Source of the DNA: Eremomyces bilateralis CBS 781.70
Taxonomy: Eukaryota
Length of the DNA stretch: 64,000 nt
Strand: one strand, 5' to 3'
NCBI GenBank assembly: GCA_010015585.1
Contig: ML975179.1
Both the position numbers and the translations under genes were made by a program. The notes under the pieces were generated by a model. It was not told the origin of the DNA, did no database searches, and saw only the letters and a program-made list of their open reading frames with translations. This document shows, in pieces, positions 61,524 through 64,000 of the stretch (position 1 is its first letter; the number at the start of each line of letters is the position of its first letter).

Positions 61524-62442
61524 ATGTCGGCCACATTCCCTCCCCAAATCCCATGGCAACTCAGTCGTGGAGTATTGAAACTCTCCGATGTAGGGTCATC
61601 ACCGCCAACGAAAGTGCTTGCTGACGATATCAGGTTCCGTGGAACGTCTCTAAATCTAAGATCATTGACCTCTTCCATCCCGTCAAGGACAATCTCAACG
61701 CCGTCCCAGCTAGGTCTTGGAACTACGTGATCCATATTATCACAGATCGGTATGACAACCGCACCTGGGATGTCTTTGTCGAGTTCAAGAGCCCCGAATA
61801 CGCGAGGTGCGCCCTCAAGCTCCTGGAGAACACCGATGATGCGCCTAGAATCCAGGGGCGGCGGATTTGCGTGGAGGAAAGCTCTACAGCGGTGATGGCC
61901 CGGGCAGTTTTCCCCTTTGCCCAGGTAGAGTTTGAAGGAGAGGGGTATCGACCCAAAGCGGCATACAAGGGGCTCTTCGGACCCGATGACCTGCTCAACG
62001 TGCGGAAAACGGCCACGAACCTTATGGTAGGTCGGCATTCCGGATCAAATCTTACCGTATTTGAAGTTTAACAACCCACCAGAGAAATTCGCTGCAGCGG
62101 ACACCAGAGCGGGTATACGAATCCTTCTTGTCCGCCCTTCAAATGGTAAGCCCCCTTTCAGTGGTTTAGAGCTAAGCTAACCTCTTCCAGTTGCCAGATG
62201 CATATGCAAACAATCCCAATACTCATGAAAATGTGGAAGACGTTGTTGTTACGGCCAAATGTCTCATCAAGCAACTGTTGGATGAACTAATAGCGAGGAA
62301 CCATCCCGAAGGGCTGACCTGGAGACTTCTGGAAAGCTTTGTTGACGTAATCGATCAGGCTAGATACTTCACAACTGAGCAGAAGGTTCATATCATGAAA
62401 GAAGTCCCTTTCTACAACAGATCGGGATATGCTAGTTTCTAG
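61524..62442 (+). CDS. Divergent fungal RRM-like protein; exons 61524-61589, 61634-62026, 62083-62145, 62191-62442
   Basis: Spliced 'GVLKLSDVPWNVSKSKII...IHIITDRYDNRTWDVFVEF...RIQGRRICVEESS...AVFP' fits an RRM pattern; three GT-AG introns keep the frame. Confidence 0.75.
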
Positions 62443-63571
62443 TAGATTCCAGACCGCCGCGCTGTCGGCTGGTGCAAACGCATCCATTCTTCATATCATG
62501 TTCTAGCGCACTGTAGTTTAATTGACTACTTAGCTAAATGCCACAAAAGATCCTCCATTCTCGGATGCCATTCCTGATACAGTGCGTGGTAATTTCGCCG
62601 TCTACCCATAGCACGCTGTGTCCCTACTGTATATCAGTGACTCAGTGCTTCAACCAAGGCGAAAACTTAAAGTACGGAGATTAAATGCTTCAAGAACCTA
62701 CCTAGTGTCAACAGTTGCTATAGGGAAAGAACAATCCTATAGTTATATGTTTGCCGGCGGTTTAAGATATATCATTGCTTGTCCCTAGATATGCATGCCT
62801 CCAGGGCAATTTCTGACAACAATATAACTCTTTGGCTCCTATTGAGAGATACAACTGGTCTCCGCCATCCTAGCCCCCTTTCAAATGCAGATCACAAATA
62901 GCAAGCTCACAAATCATAAATTTGCTCACCGTAAGTAGCGGTCAGTGGCCCCATTTTCAAGTCAGTGAATGGGAGGCCCATATAATGAATATGGAATATC
63001 AGTATTGTAGTTTATCATCATTGTATCCTTTCTCTTCTCGGGTATAAAAGAATTCATTCTCGCTGGACGAATTCAAAACTCTTCAACATCACTATACGAA
63101 CGTTAGTCTGCAGAACAAGTTCAAGGCCGAGCTTGGGATTCAGCATTGGTAAACCATCCGGCATGGCCAACTCTAAAGCACTACACCCTTTATCAGTTGG
63201 TTGGAGGCAAGAAAAGAGCGAGCTGGATACATGGGAGCGCAATGATGAAAAAGGAAGGGTGCTGGTGACAAAAATTGGGATTCGTACACACACTGGGTTT
63301 GATAGTAACACGAGCTCAAGTAGGCTAGAGTAGTGGAAGCTGCTGCGTTGGCGGGAACGGCGCGAAATCATTAGAGCGTTGTAGACAACTATCGAAACAC
63401 AGCCAGAGCACGAGACTCTCAGCGCACAGCTATACTTTCTATTAAGAGAGACGATCTGGTATTCAAGCTTGTGTTCAATGGAGCAGAAGTAGTTTGCTTG
63501 TTGGAGAAGGATGAGTAGCACATTCCAAGCTCTTTTACAACCGACAGGTAGCCATCAGAAGCATGATGTCT

Positions 63572-64000
63572 TCATGTTCTCTCTTTCATCAAAGCTGGAG
63601 ATACACTCGAATGGATTTCCTCACACGGGAATTGAAAGGCATCAAAGAGTGTACTGATTTCGGCGTCATTCTTGTCTTGAGGTGTACGGTCCCTATCCTC
63701 GTCGGGAACATAAAGGAAATCTTCAATCTGGAATATATCATCGTTTTTCCCTGTAGAATTTGTGTCATCGACTGGGGAATAGGTATCTGAATCGCGCAGG
63801 CGCTTCGTGGCCAGAAAGTGATCTCTCGGTGAGCAGCCAACATGCTCAGCAAAGACCTTGTGGAGATATCGCGGCGTGAGACCCACTCTCATTGCAAGCT
63901 CGTTAAGAGTAATTTGACTGCCTTTCCCCGAGCATTCGCTTGCGTTTAGTTCGATGATCCTCTTTGCTTCATTCACAGCTGCAGCGACACGCTCACTGGG
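63572..64000 (-). CDS. AraC-type HTH protein (probable fungal Ada-like protein), 5' part outside the window
   Basis: 'ITLNELAMRVGLTPRYLHKVFAEHVGCSPRD' is a typical AraC HTH; the frame is open to the window edge; the 3' end is uncertain. Confidence 0.7.
   Translation of the reverse strand, partial: PSERVAAAVNEAKRIIELNASECSGKGSQITLNELAMRVGLTPRYLHKVFAEHVGCSPRDHFLATKRLRDSDTYSPVDDTNSTGKNDDIFQIEDFLYVPDEDRDRTPQDKNDAEISTLFDAFQFPCEEIHSSVSPALMKERT

Noticed and set aside
1..64000. tRNA, 5S rRNA, telomeric repeats and TGA-CTA readthrough peroxisomal signals
   Set aside because: None found by eye; a tRNAscan-SE/Infernal run would be needed to exclude divergent RNA genes.

Overview
Gene-dense 64 kb of a filamentous ascomycete (Pezizomycotina) nuclear chromosome, shown by short GT-AG introns with CTAAC/CTGAC-type branch sites and by fungal housekeeping orthologues. 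About 25 intact protein genes can be modelled by eye: an MFS transporter, a class II aldolase/adducin-like enzyme, NFU1, a GH63-like (YMR196W-type) glycosidase, GH76 DFG5/DCW1, synaptobrevin, a stand-alone PIP-kinase-like domain, an FMN alpha-hydroxy-acid oxidase, YIF1, SRP receptor alpha, RRP43, a SnoaL/pathogen-related protein, a Pcl5/Clg1-type cyclin, CNL1, an SDR, ATP7, NAC-alpha, RPL14, REC8, UBP6, ARC19, an RRM-like protein and an Ada/AraC-HTH protein cut by the window edge. The first ~11 kb is a decaying accessory segment holding a Zn2Cys6 transcription-factor pseudogene and broken orphan ORFs. The most unusual observations: (1) an SDR gene bracketed by two unrelated tandem repeats with the same 93-bp period, one triplicating its stop codon and poly(A) region; (2) a 5.7-kb non-coding block before the cyclin with clustered Gcn4/CpcA-type sites, a purine/pyrimidine strand switch and an AUG-poor leader with uORFs; (3) a 400-nt intron with three arms competing for one segment; (4) a recurrent C-rich 5' to G-rich 3' gradient inside genes. 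I found no tRNA, rRNA, CRISPR array or intact transposon, and no clearly new multi-gene system. Gene names come from recognising motifs, not from database searches.
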